Positions 16,990 through 26,442 of a stretch of DNA of 28,198 nucleotides are shown piece by piece. Where the stretch lies: positions 1 through 28,198 of IMG/VR virus record IMGVR_UViG_3300035148_000122; one strand, 5' to 3'. Made by a program: the position numbers and the translations under genes. Numbering within the stretch: position 1 is the first letter of the stretch; each line of letters opens with the position of its first letter. The notes under the pieces were generated by a model. That model was not told the origin of the DNA and did no database searches. It was given only the letters and a program-made list of their open reading frames with translations. The DNA comes from a virus (lineage: Duplodnaviria; Caudoviricetes).

Positions 16990-19292
16990 AACGACCTTCC
17001 TGTGGGACTTCCAGTAACATTCCCGACTAATCGAAGAATGTTATCAAACAACTTCATTCCAGTCAATGGCTGATCTACAAATAAGTTGAGCTTATTGGTC
17101 TTTACTGAAGGCGCTTGAAATAACAAACTTGTGTCTGTTACTTTCGATACGTCTATAATCCCGCCATTGTACAATGTTTGAGCCTCCGTAGGCGTTATGG
17201 CTCTATTGTACACTCTAGCGTCAGCGATCATGCCTCTAAATCCATACATATTATCGACCGTAGCTGTCTTTGTATTTCCTAAGTTAAACGACACGCCGTC
17301 CTCAGTGTAAGCTAGTTGACCGGCAACGGCGTTAGAACCAACTACCAGAGCCGCAGCCCGTTGAACCCCATTGATGTAAAATATGGGTGGATTATCATAC
17401 GTAAGATCTTTGCAAACAACAACATGAGTCCACATACCAGGAGGAGCTGTAAATCCTGGAGTGTTCCAAAAAGCCTGTCCACTGGGCGCGTACTTTTGGG
17501 CAAACGCTAGAGACGTATTACCCAAATAAAATTGGTACGCAGCATTGTCAGAGAAAAAGCCCATTATGAAATTTGGTTGAACCGTAGCAACATCAGTAAT
17601 TGGGTATATCCATGCTGACAACGTCCTCATAGGCAGATTTGCCAAATACCCAACGTGCCCAAAGCTTACAGAGTGCTTTACGGATTCACCGCCGAACTCT
17701 ACGGCTATTGGTGTGAAGTCTCCAGCTGAGATGGATTCGAACCGATCGACACTAATTCTTACGTTATACACATCACCTGGACTAAGCGAAAGTTGAATCT
17801 TATTAATGTAGAACCTGCCGCTAACGTTCCCCTGAACGCTAGATAAATCTAACAAATATCCTATGTCAGATTCTAACATTGCTACCATGCCATTTATAGA
17901 ACTATTAGCATTGAACGAAACGGCTTTTAGATCTAACGCTTCATCCTTGTGCAACTCCACAACTGAATTGGCGACTCCTTGGCCTAAGCCTGTAGTTCGC
18001 TGGTACTTCATATCTAGGGTGTAGAATTGCTCGCCATACTTTGCTATAGAAGCTTCGTCCATAGCTTCCGCGGAGATAGGGTTTTCCATGTATATACCCT
18101 TGCCGCGTATCTGGAACCTTGTAAGCCACCCATTCGCGCCTGATCCAGCATAGATTATGCACTCAAAACTATCAGCATAAAATGTTGGCGTCACTACTAA
18201 GGCAGCCGTAAAATCTGTGCCTGTCTCATCTTTGTTCGTCCAACCTTTATAATCAGTGTTAGCCACTGGGTTGATGGCAGATTTAGCATTACATTGTAAT
18301 CCAGTAGTTGGATTAAAGTACGTTCCTAAAACCTTATATGTGTTTCCTGAAGTAATATTAATAGGTTCTTGCAGCGTGAACAAAACTGTATCAGAAGTGT
18401 CAACTTTACTTGGGTAAGCAGTAGCCGTGACCATATTAATAATGTTAGATCCGCTCATTACCTCTACTTGACCCTCTAAGAACAGATCATCAAGGCTTAG
18501 TGGAACGTCCGCTGACTCAAGTTCCAATCTGTAATAATCAGCAGGATTATTGCTAGCTTGTAAAACGTACCCTGTAGTCTGACCAGCCATAAGTATGAAG
18601 AAAGGCTGACCTGGTACTACCGTGGGTTTTTTCCATCCAGTCCTGGCGAATAAGTTTTCCAAACGCAGCGTCTCGCCATTTATAGTGTCTTTTATTAAGT
18701 ACATTCGACCGTACTCTGACGACACTACTTTATTAAACTCAGTGTACGCTCTTGTTTTTCTAGTCAAACCGCTATACACTAAAGGAAACACCGTAGCGCC
18801 TGGGTCATAGTTCTCTACTGCAGGTTTGATGTCCATTCTAGACACAACATCAGTTACTATCTCGTCTGCCTTTTTATCAAACTGGATTGCGGTGCTGTGT
18901 ATAAGTGGGAACCTTGCAGCATAATCCATCCAATCCACTAACGTCACCTCTACCCTAGGACTTACCGCGCTAACTCTTACCCGAATATCTCCTATGAACC
19001 CAGCGAACCTTCGATACTTCTTACCAAACATCCCCAAGGTAATTCGGAATCTAGCACCTTTACTCCAGCCCGCTAAAGTCTGGGTTCCTTCAGGTGTGAA
19101 CTTACCTTCAATGTTGTTCAATTGAAAGGTAACCGTTCCAGTGGAAGCCACCAGATCTAAAATAGGGTTGTCTCCAGGCATACCCCACTCTAGCGTAATA
19201 TCTGCTGTAGCAAGTACGTATCGACTAATGTCTGTCCAGACACCATTCAACTCCACTTCAAAGGTCTTGCTTTCAAGGATGTATTTTTTCAT
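16986..19292 (-). CDS. Tail tip/hub protein with C-terminal LamG domain
   Basis: Immediately after tape measure; WTDISRYV N-terminus; TLSAWIYP...WTHVVV...FYINGV...GMIADARVYNRA. Confidence 0.75.
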   Translation of the reverse strand: MKKYILESKTFEVELNGVWTDISRYVLATADITLEWGMPGDNPILDLVASTGTVTFQLNNIEGKFTPEGTQTLAGWSKGARFRITLGMFGKKYRRFAGFIGDIRVRVSAVSPRVEVTLVDWMDYAARFPLIHSTAIQFDKKADEIVTDVVSRMDIKPAVENYDPGATVFPLVYSGLTRKTRAYTEFNKVVSSEYGRMYLIKDTINGETLRLENLFARTGWKKPTVVPGQPFFILMAGQTTGYVLQASNNPADYYRLELESADVPLSLDDLFLEGQVEVMSGSNIINMVTATAYPSKVDTSDTVLFTLQEPINITSGNTYKVLGTYFNPTTGLQCNAKSAINPVANTDYKGWTNKDETGTDFTAALVVTPTFYADSFECIIYAGSGANGWLTRFQIRGKGIYMENPISAEAMDEASIAKYGEQFYTLDMKYQRTTGLGQGVANSVVELHKDEALDLKAVSFNANSSINGMVAMLESDIGYLLDLSSVQGNVSGRFYINKIQLSLSPGDVYNVRISVDRFESISAGDFTPIAVEFGGESVKHSVSFGHVGYLANLPMRTLSAWIYPITDVATVQPNFIMGFFSDNAAYQFYLGNTSLAFAQKYAPSGQAFWNTPGFTAPPGMWTHVVVCKDLTYDNPPIFYINGVQRAAALVVGSNAVAGQLAYTEDGVSFNLGNTKTATVDNMYGFRGMIADARVYNRAITPTEAQTLYNGGIIDVSKVTDTSLLFQAPSVKTNKLNLFVDQPLTGMKLFDNILRLVGNVTGSPTGRSL

Positions 19293-19293
19293 G

Positions 19294-21408
19294 TTAGTCT
19301 CTTAGAAGTAAAACTGCGTCTCTAAACGCACGACTTAGCATTTCTTCGTTCATACTAGAAGACGAACCTCCTTGCAGGCCTTTAACTGCAGCAAGAAGTT
19401 GGTTTTGTTGGTCAACACCCGCAATCTGTGTAGTTGGCATGCTGTACGCATTATTGACTTGTTGACCAACCATACTAGGACTAAATTGGAACGTGGACTG
19501 CCACCCGATCATGGCTCCTTGCGCCAAGTACTCAAACTGTTCAGCCATAAGTTTGGACGGGCTGTGAATGCCCCAGAACCCTTTGAACGCGGCGAGCATG
19601 CTCTTACCTATAGCAATAATGGCGTTCCTAAGAGCATTACCCATATTATTCATGCCCGTCAAAATGCCGTCACCGATCCTCTTGCCTAAGTCCTTCCATG
19701 TTATACCATTCCACCAATTCTTAATGTTATTCCATAATCCTTGTAACGCGGCTTTGATGTTTGACCATGCCGTCCAGATAAGGTTTGTGAATAGTCTCCA
19801 GTTGTTGTCCCATATTTGGCGAATGGAAGCGCCAAATCCATACCAATCTCCGATCTGTGCTTGGTGGAATGCCTGCACAAGCATTTGGATGTTTTGTTTG
19901 AAGACTGCGAAATACTCTTTCATGAACCCAAAAGTATTATTCCATATTTGGCCTATAGCACTCATTCTATTGTGTGTGGTGTCGTACCACCAAGACATAA
20001 GTGTAGCCCAAGAATCTTGGACCCACGTAATAAATGACGCACCAGCGGCTTTTATCTCATCCCAATGGGTGTATACTAAGTACCCAACAGCAGCAAGGAC
20101 CGCTGCTATAACTAATCCCCATCCAGTAAGGGCCAGAGCGCTTATTCCAAGGAACCCAGCCACGGCACTTATAGCGGAGACCACACCACCAATTACAGTA
20201 ATAAAGTTGCCTAATAACATCAGTATTGGGCCTATGGCAGCGGCTGCGGCGATCAAACCTAGAACCCATTTTTGCTGTTCGGGGTCTAGTGCCTGGAACC
20301 AAACAACCAACTGACCTAAGTACCCCATAAACTCCTTTATATAAGGTATTAGCTCTTGGACCAACGCAATGCCTAAGGCCATGAAGTCGTTTTTCAACAT
20401 TTTTATTTGTGCGTCCATGGATTGCGTTTGGGCCGCAAATGCTTCGTCTGTTCTACCTCCGACTTCCTGTAAACTTGCCAAGGCTTCTTCAAACTCGACC
20501 GCCCCACCGGACGCCAAAGACAGAACACCTTTTAGCGCCCTAACGTTCTTGCCGAATATCTCGAATATCGCTCCAGGGTGAGTCGCTTCGATCTCGTTGA
20601 TAGTGGCCAACACTTCCGTAAGCGAGTGCTTACGCAAGTCCAGATCTTCCATGGAATAACCAAAGTTTGTAACCGCCTTTTTCGCGGCCGCAGTTGGAGA
20701 AATTAGTTTTTGCATGACCTGGCCTAAAGCTGTAAAGGCCTCTGACGCAGGTATACCACGTCGTGTCAAAACGATCATTGCAGCAGACAAGTTTTCCAGA
20801 TCTATTCCGGCATTTGCGCCGGTGTTAGCAACACGACCAAGCCCATACGCCAGATCTTGGAACGTTAGTACGCCTTGGTCGACTGTAGTGAACAAAACGT
20901 CTGATATATGAGACGCCTCTGAAGCGTTCAACCCATACGCGTGCAAGATACCTGTAATAGCGTTCGCGGCTGTAGTGGTATCGGACAGACCGGCTGAGGC
21001 CGCTTTCGTAGATACCTCTAATATGCTCAAAGCCTGGTCAGCGTCATACCCTGCGCTTTTGATAAAATAGAACGCTTCTGCCAAAGCGGAGGCTGATTCT
21101 GTAGTGGATTGTTCAGCTGTTGACAACTGCAATAACTTAGTACTTAGATCAGGAATGTTTATTTCTGGCGCAATAGACGCGATGTTCTGCAATTGCACGT
21201 CAAAGTTTTTAGTTTCTTCCCACGCCATTTTCATCCCTGCCACAACCGGAACGGTAAAGGCATCAGTCATGATTCTTCCAGCTCGGCTCAAGTTCCTACC
21301 TACGTAGGTCAGATCAGCCCCAAGGCTATTCGTAGAACCTCGAGCCCTGTCCAATTCTTGAATGTACTGTGACGCATCACCTTTTATGACTATAACTACG
21401 TTTGGCAT
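19294..21408 (-). CDS. Tape measure protein (TP901-like core)
   Basis: 704 aa, Ala-rich helical; YFIKSAG...SDVLFTTVDQG; hydrophobic middle; periodic Trp; follows the chaperones. Confidence 0.92.
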   Translation of the reverse strand: MPNVVIVIKGDASQYIQELDRARGSTNSLGADLTYVGRNLSRAGRIMTDAFTVPVVAGMKMAWEETKNFDVQLQNIASIAPEINIPDLSTKLLQLSTAEQSTTESASALAEAFYFIKSAGYDADQALSILEVSTKAASAGLSDTTTAANAITGILHAYGLNASEASHISDVLFTTVDQGVLTFQDLAYGLGRVANTGANAGIDLENLSAAMIVLTRRGIPASEAFTALGQVMQKLISPTAAAKKAVTNFGYSMEDLDLRKHSLTEVLATINEIEATHPGAIFEIFGKNVRALKGVLSLASGGAVEFEEALASLQEVGGRTDEAFAAQTQSMDAQIKMLKNDFMALGIALVQELIPYIKEFMGYLGQLVVWFQALDPEQQKWVLGLIAAAAAIGPILMLLGNFITVIGGVVSAISAVAGFLGISALALTGWGLVIAAVLAAVGYLVYTHWDEIKAAGASFITWVQDSWATLMSWWYDTTHNRMSAIGQIWNNTFGFMKEYFAVFKQNIQMLVQAFHQAQIGDWYGFGASIRQIWDNNWRLFTNLIWTAWSNIKAALQGLWNNIKNWWNGITWKDLGKRIGDGILTGMNNMGNALRNAIIAIGKSMLAAFKGFWGIHSPSKLMAEQFEYLAQGAMIGWQSTFQFSPSMVGQQVNNAYSMPTTQIAGVDQQNQLLAAVKGLQGGSSSSMNEEMLSRAFRDAVLLLRD

Positions 21409-21413
21409 AGGAG

Positions 21414-21794
21414 TTACTTCTTTCTAGCGTCCACGACACCAGGAAACATTTGCTTGATCTTAGCTATTGCAGTTTCTGTAAGTGCCTGACGGCCTTCAAC
21501 TGAATCCACATCAATTGGCTTGTCCGGGAGACCTGAGCCCATTCTAGCCATGACCTGAAGCGACAATTTGCGCATGTTCCTAGCGAACTTAGCAATAGGT
21601 TTACCTTTGCCTTTACCTGCGTTCATATTATGAACAAACGCCAAATCTCTAGCGGCTCTGAACTCGTCTTCCTCAAAGCCCCAAGGTTCCACCATGTAAA
21701 ATAACTTCCACAAGCGAACCTCTTTAGCAGGTAACATTTGAATCTCGTGTAAACTTTTGCCTAGTTTTAATCCTAGACGAAGGTGGAACATCAA
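21414..21794 (-). CDS. Tail assembly chaperone, C-terminal (T) part reached by -1 frameshift
   Basis: Lies in the -1 frame after the slippery site; LGKSLHEI...W...EPWG resembles phage GT extensions. Confidence 0.75.
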   Translation of the reverse strand: MMFHLRLGLKLGKSLHEIQMLPAKEVRLWKLFYMVEPWGFEEDEFRAARDLAFVHNMNAGKGKGKPIAKFARNMRKLSLQVMARMGSGLPDKPIDVDSVEGRQALTETAIAKIKQMFPGVVDARKK

Positions 21795-22234
21795 CTCTTC
21801 GTCTTTAAGAAGTTTTTTAGGTCTTCCTCCAGAACGACCTGGACGTTGTCTTCAGCGCCCATTCGACTGTAGTCAAGGATCTGTTGAGCGACCCATGTAA
21901 TAGCTCCAGCCATTTTGTGCCCTAAAGCCGGAATATCTCGTTCTGTAAATAGTGGTTTACCATCTTGGTCACAGACTCCACACACGAAAATCCATGTGTC
22001 ATGACCATAGATGTTTACAGAGGTTAATTCTTGCTGTGTGGTGGTTTTAGATGGATTTTGCTTCAAGCGCATATCCCCAAATTGGCGGCGCTTGTACTCG
22101 TCATTTTGAGCCTGGGTCAAAGGCTTGATGAACAAAGAGTTGCCACCCCACACAGGAAAATCCTCTGGGATGGTCAACTCCTTTACAGCAATATCGTTCA
22201 GAGACAGAATAGAATCTCGGGTTAAGCTAGTCAT
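21791..22234 (-). CDS. Tail assembly chaperone (lambda gpG-like position)
   Basis: LTRDSIL...WGG...VCDQDGKPLF...KN; between tail tube and tape measure. Confidence 0.85.
   Translation of the reverse strand: MTSLTRDSILSLNDIAVKELTIPEDFPVWGGNSLFIKPLTQAQNDEYKRRQFGDMRLKQNPSKTTTQQELTSVNIYGHDTWIFVCGVCDQDGKPLFTERDIPALGHKMAGAITWVAQQILDYSRMGAEDNVQVVLEEDLKNFLKTKS
21812..21818 (-). other. Programmed -1 frameshift slippery heptamer A AAA AAC
   Basis: GAC CTA AAA AAC TTC near the chaperone 3' end; -1 frame continues LLKDEELMFHLRLG without a stop. Confidence 0.8.
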
Positions 22235-22261
22235 TGCTCACTCCTTGTAATTGAATTTAGT

Positions 22262-22693
22262 TTAGTTGATTACAACTTTACCGGTCACCGTGATCGTAAC
22301 GGATAACTGACCTTGTTCTTCCAACGGCATATCGGGCTCATACCCAGTCACAAACCCAGAGAACGACACCACCGAGATGGTGTCCGGAAGAACGATCTTC
22401 CAATTGTGGCTGAGTTCGTCGTTGAACGTAGACAACAGACCGGTCGTTCCATCCTGTGTGGCATCCTTTGGCAGCCAGTTACATTCGAACGTAACTTCAC
22501 CACCATCACGGAACCCCGGAATCTTCTCCCGCCAACCTTCCGTAGACTGTTGGTTCGTCACGTCAATAACGTCACGAGACAGGGACGGGGGAGTAATATC
22601 ACGCACTTCCGCCACATCCACAAAAGTTTCAGTCGGTGACTGCCCGTCACCAAGCTGAAGTTTACTACCGTACACCCAAAAAGCGTTTGACAT
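22262..22693 (-). CDS. Major tail tube protein
   Basis: DVIDVT...WREKIPGFRDGGEVTF...FSGFVT...ITVTGK, typical of siphoviral tube proteins. Confidence 0.9.
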   Translation of the reverse strand: MSNAFWVYGSKLQLGDGQSPTETFVDVAEVRDITPPSLSRDVIDVTNQQSTEGWREKIPGFRDGGEVTFECNWLPKDATQDGTTGLLSTFNDELSHNWKIVLPDTISVVSFSGFVTGYEPDMPLEEQGQLSVTITVTGKVVIN

Positions 22694-22707
22694 TGTTGTT
22701 TCCTTTC

Positions 22708-23079
22708 CTAAGGTATGCGGAGAACCGCAAATTTAATTGCAGCTGATGGGGTAGACATGACCACAGAACCGTCAGTCCACTTCCAGCCAGCGGCATTGGT
22801 CAAACCACCGGTAAACACTGCAAAACCACCCGCAGGGATAGAGTACGCGATGTCCCTAATACGATTGAACAGATCTGGCGTGGATATCAGCGTTACTAAC
22901 TCGACTGAAGCGCCTGAATTGTGCATTAAGACGATCTCGCGCCCAGTACTTATGAACCTGTTCCCGTTGATATTATCGGCAGATTCAAAAGTTATGTTAA
23001 GGTCGCCCGCAGTAACTATGTCGAACGGACCTTTAAGAATTTGTGGAGTCAGCAGTGTTTCAACCATTTGAGTCTCCAT
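22708..23079 (-). CDS. Hypothetical beta-rich virion protein
   Basis: 123 aa between neck and tail-tube genes. Confidence 0.65.
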   Translation of the reverse strand: METQMVETLLTPQILKGPFDIVTAGDLNITFESADNINGNRFISTGREIVLMHNSGASVELVTLISTPDLFNRIRDIAYSIPAGGFAVFTGGLTNAAGWKWTDGSVVMSTPSAAIKFAVLRIP

Positions 23080-23305
23080 CTGGCTTTACCGCAACAAGTT
23101 TGTCTAAAACTTGATTACGGAGCTCGGCGGGAACGTGGTTTGTTACATGAAGTTTCATGTCATCTTCATCTGTCGTTGAGAACGTGCACTTCGCGCACTT
23201 GTACACGTTGACCACGCTCTTCCATCTCGACGCGGTATAAAGAAGTTCTCGCCTCTTTTCACCATGAGGAGATGGGTTCGTCGCCTTATTACTTTTGTCT
23301 GACAT
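23060..23305 (-). CDS. 81-aa protein with classical C2H2 zinc-finger motif
   Basis: Start ATG 23305 after GGAGG; YKCAKCTFSTTDEDDMKLHVTNH = C-x2-C-x12-H-x3-H. Confidence 0.7.
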   Translation of the reverse strand: MSDKSNKATNPSPHGEKRRELLYTASRWKSVVNVYKCAKCTFSTTDEDDMKLHVTNHVPAELRNQVLDKLVAVKPDGDSNG

Positions 23306-23687
23306 AACCAACCTCCAGTTCAACCATTCTTGTATATACTTTAGCATTCTCGATCCAGTCAGACGTAAGATTTTTGACAAATATTCGAGTAGTGAACTCG
23401 CCGATCTGACCGCGGTACCCATCGTATACTCCACGAAGAACCTCACCAGCGCTTCCAACTTCTACGCGACTTAGTGACAGCACATCTAGTTGAAGCAAGG
23501 CTTTACCACTGCCGGTCCCAGATTGTGTTTGGCGCGGATAGTCCGATACCACTATCATGCGTGCGCAGGGGTATATGGCATTCTGCGGTACATCATCTAT
23601 ATGGATTCTATCACCGAATACCGCATTAATTTCAGGAATGCTAATCATGTGAGCACGAAAGGTTATGGCGATGTCTGTGTTAGTCAT
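23289..23687 (-). CDS. Tail terminator/completion protein (DUF3168-like)
   Basis: GDRIH...PQ..YP...LQLDV; canonical position. Confidence 0.8.
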   Translation of the reverse strand: MTNTDIAITFRAHMISIPEINAVFGDRIHIDDVPQNAIYPCARMIVVSDYPRQTQSGTGSGKALLQLDVLSLSRVEVGSAGEVLRGVYDGYRGQIGEFTTRIFVKNLTSDWIENAKVYTRMVELEVGYVRQK

Positions 23688-24156
23688 AATTTGAGAATCC
23701 TGCGTCTCTGAACGACTGGATAATTACATCCACTACATTTTCTACCATCTCTTCGATAACTACAGGGTCTTGGATCGACGGGCGTACAAATGGTTGAGGC
23801 CTGATACCAATTGTGGTAATCCAGTTGCCAGCTGGGGTCATATACTGCCAAGGTGATTTTCTACCTCGACCACCTTCAGCGTAAACACCAGTACCGTACT
23901 CTATGTAGACCGCGTAAGGGACCGTAGGGCCAACCTCAAGCACAGCGACCGTGTCAGATGACTCCACCAAATTCATTGCAATCGATCTGCTTAGTTCACC
24001 TGAATTACGAGGGGCATGCTGCTCTTGGAACGCCTTTACCGGCTTCCCCGCGCCATACACAATGTCTGACATCAACTGCTTTGATGGCTTCATGGCTCTA
24101 AGCGCCAACTCGACCTCATCAGAGTGTACGATAATCTCAATTTTGCGCACTGGCAT
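23680..24156 (-). CDS. HK97 gp10-like neck protein
   Basis: APRNSGELSRSI...YAVYIEYGT...PQPFVRPS. Confidence 0.85.
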   Translation of the reverse strand: MPVRKIEIIVHSDEVELALRAMKPSKQLMSDIVYGAGKPVKAFQEQHAPRNSGELSRSIAMNLVESSDTVAVLEVGPTVPYAVYIEYGTGVYAEGGRGRKSPWQYMTPAGNWITTIGIRPQPFVRPSIQDPVVIEEMVENVVDVIIQSFRDAGFSNYD

Positions 24157-24563
24157 TATATACTCACCGTCTTAAGAGCACACAGGAATCCAAATGCACC
24201 CTGTTCTCTAATAGCAAGAATTTCATACCTGATAGTTGTTTTCAACGGGAGATGGCTTCTTTCGACAAGTTCGACAGTTCCTCCTACGTGTGGTATTATC
24301 GCCGTCACATGCACTTCTGCAATAACCTCTGTTAAGACCGCCAGGTCGTTCCATCTTGACTCCGCTTGCAAACGCGCCACAGTGTCATTTAGTGCACAAT
24401 CCACCTCCACAAAATTGTTATTCTGGTAGGGGTGGCCTGCCTCATCTAATACTGTTAGATCTGGAGGCTCATAATACCGCATCCGATCTGTATAGGCCAA
24501 ATGTCGTGTGTATGAGGACAACTGTAACGCAACTTTAGAGTTAAGAAGTTGACGACCTGTCAT
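24156..24563 (-). CDS. Putative head closure protein
   Basis: Size and position between adaptor and gp10-like genes. Confidence 0.55.
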   Translation of the reverse strand: MTGRQLLNSKVALQLSSYTRHLAYTDRMRYYEPPDLTVLDEAGHPYQNNNFVEVDCALNDTVARLQAESRWNDLAVLTEVIAEVHVTAIIPHVGGTVELVERSHLPLKTTIRYEILAIREQGAFGFLCALKTVSI

Positions 24564-24937
24564 GGTGCACCGTCTTGGTCTCCGTCGGTCATGTAACTAT
24601 CAGACCTATACGGCAAAGAGATCTTTGACTGGATTTTTATGCCACTCGCAGGGTTTATCCCGAACTCCTTCATCTTCTCCGCTAGCATCTTCTCGTACCC
24701 CTCGCGAGCCTTTTCGTTTGTTACCTCTAGCCAGTACTGGACGAAATTGGGAGTTGATAATTGAGTGATGATGTAGCGAATGCACTCAATCACGGCTTCC
24801 GGAACACCCGATGTAGTGACCCAGTAACGGATCGTCTCATCTTCAAGGAAGTGGCCTCCCTCACCGTTCGTATCACCTATGTGGAATCGAACTAATGAGA
24901 CGTCGTCTGCTAACGCGGGGTCGAAATGATAGGCCAT
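24560..24937 (-). CDS. Head-tail adaptor protein
   Basis: VRFHIGDT...LEDETI motif; position downstream of capsid genes. Confidence 0.75.
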   Translation of the reverse strand: MAYHFDPALADDVSLVRFHIGDTNGEGGHFLEDETIRYWVTTSGVPEAVIECIRYIITQLSTPNFVQYWLEVTNEKAREGYEKMLAEKMKEFGINPASGIKIQSKISLPYRSDSYMTDGDQDGAP

Positions 24938-24947
24938 AGCGGAACTC

Positions 24948-25322
24948 CTAGGCTAGTACAACGTTTGTGTTGTTCAGGACTAACCACCTGCCGCCGTAGG
25001 CAACAAGCACAAGACCATCGCCGACGGCCCCACCGAACGTAGCTACGTCCGAAGCGCCACCACCACCATTGAACCCTGGAGAGGTTTGTGTGACAACGTG
25101 CGCAGCTGCGGAGCCGGAGATGATCGTAACGACCTTGCCGTCATCCACGCCGACCACTGGAGCTGCAAGCGTGTAAGCCCCAGCCGTCCCCTTGGTCAAA
25201 ACCACCAGGCCAGTAGTGACGTTCAAAGCACCGTCAACAGCAGCAAGTTTAGGAACTGAAGCGTTAGGTCCAACAAAACCAGCGTCTGAGACCACTGGAC
25301 CTGAAAAATGTGTAGCACCCAT
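24948..25322 (-). CDS. Putative capsid decoration/head fibre protein
   Basis: THFSGPV N-terminus; Gly/Ala/Val-rich; AAAGGAG RBS; follows the MCP. Confidence 0.6.
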   Translation of the reverse strand: MGATHFSGPVVSDAGFVGPNASVPKLAAVDGALNVTTGLVVLTKGTAGAYTLAAPVVGVDDGKVVTIISGSAAAHVVTQTSPGFNGGGGASDVATFGGAVGDGLVLVAYGGRWLVLNNTNVVLA

Positions 25323-25368
25323 GTTAGGTACTCCTTTCTATGTTTGTAGCTGAGAATGTCATTTTCTT

Positions 25369-25488
25369 CGAGTATCCTTTCGGAATCTAGGGTTGACTCA
25401 CCCGATTAACTCGTTCCCACAAGAGGGACCTGCCGTGACACAGGTCCCTCAAGCGAGGAGGACAAACCACTCTCGACCAGAGTGGGAA
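25369..25488 (-). promoter_or_regulatory. Multi-stem structured intergenic RNA downstream of the MCP gene
   Basis: 10-bp stem 25423-25432/25441-25450; 7-bp stem 25467-25473/25479-25485; alternative pairing 25414-25420/25482-25488; junction closed by 25369-25373/25409-25413 with a GAAA tetraloop. Confidence 0.55.
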
Positions 25489-25495
25489 TCCCTAA

Positions 25496-26428
25496 TTACG
25501 GAGCTTCTGACCCATAAATCCAGCGGTATTCGTCCCAGCCGAAAGAGGCCCGGTAGTATCCGCGGTATTTAGCGACCAAGTTATAGTCGCTGGTGGGGTC
25601 AAGAGCAAGCTCAGGACGTATGCGCCAGTACCACAACAGGTGGTCTTGCGCTTTCATCGGATCGATCAAGAACCAGTTCTTCGCTGATGTCAGATAAGGA
25701 TCGACCACGACCTGCAGGCCTTGTGAGCCGAGGAAGTTGGCATCGTTATCAGCTGTACCTGGTTTGTTGATGGCGTTCGTAATCTCATAGGCCTTAGCCT
25801 CGAGCTCGATCGGAACCACCAAGCGGGTGAAGATCGAAGGAAGCGGGTTGCCGCGATCGTCCTTGAACTTCTTGCCTGCAGCGAGCGCCGCAACCACGCC
25901 AGCGTAATCAAACGCCACCGTGACTTTATTCGCTTGCTGAGTAGCAGGATCTCCCGGGCGAGCCGGATGGTTCGTGGCACACAAAGCCACACCGTCCGGA
26001 CCAGGGAATGACGCAGAAAAGGCGTTATTGAACACAGACGCCTGTTGCATAGCAACGGTCGTGCCGAAGGCGTTGCCAAGGACACGAGCGCGCTGGCGGA
26101 TCAGGCCAGTCTGGTTGTCATCCCACAGTTTGCGCTCGATGGCGGTGCCAAGAGCGTATTCCTTGTGGATGAACGTCTTTTCGTACAGGGGGTTGAAGGT
26201 ATCGTACGCGATCGCGGCGGGGTTGCCTTCAGCCGCAGAGCTGTTGTACTCCGGAACTGTTCCGAAGTCACCGATACCCTGTGAATATTCCTGCGCAGCG
26301 TTGGACGTTTGAATGCCGTAGAACTGCGAGACAGGAGCGCCAATCGCGGTCATGCGGAGGAACCACTCCCGACGCATGATGGGAAGGACGAAACGAGGCC
26401 ACTGTTCGGATATCATTGGGGATGCCAT
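25496..26428 (-). CDS. Major capsid protein (Mu gpT-like, HK97 fold)
   Basis: VFNNAF...DGVALCATNHP...DDRGNPL...LVVPIELE...DPYL...WFL...R.SFG...WIYGS; AGGAGG RBS. Confidence 0.9.
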   Translation of the reverse strand: MASPMISEQWPRFVLPIMRREWFLRMTAIGAPVSQFYGIQTSNAAQEYSQGIGDFGTVPEYNSSAAEGNPAAIAYDTFNPLYEKTFIHKEYALGTAIERKLWDDNQTGLIRQRARVLGNAFGTTVAMQQASVFNNAFSASFPGPDGVALCATNHPARPGDPATQQANKVTVAFDYAGVVAALAAGKKFKDDRGNPLPSIFTRLVVPIELEAKAYEITNAINKPGTADNDANFLGSQGLQVVVDPYLTSAKNWFLIDPMKAQDHLLWYWRIRPELALDPTSDYNLVAKYRGYYRASFGWDEYRWIYGSEAP

Positions 26429-26442
26429 TTTCTACTCCTCCT

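Noticed and set aside
19568-20314. 248-aa + strand ORF and other antisense ORFs across both arms
   Set aside because: Shadows of well-supported genes on the opposite strand, with no motifs.
23306-23458. Long N-terminus of ORF 23060..23458 (likewise 12106..12165 of ORF 11632..12165)
   Set aside because: Overlaps upstream genes; downstream ATGs with strong RBSs are better starts.
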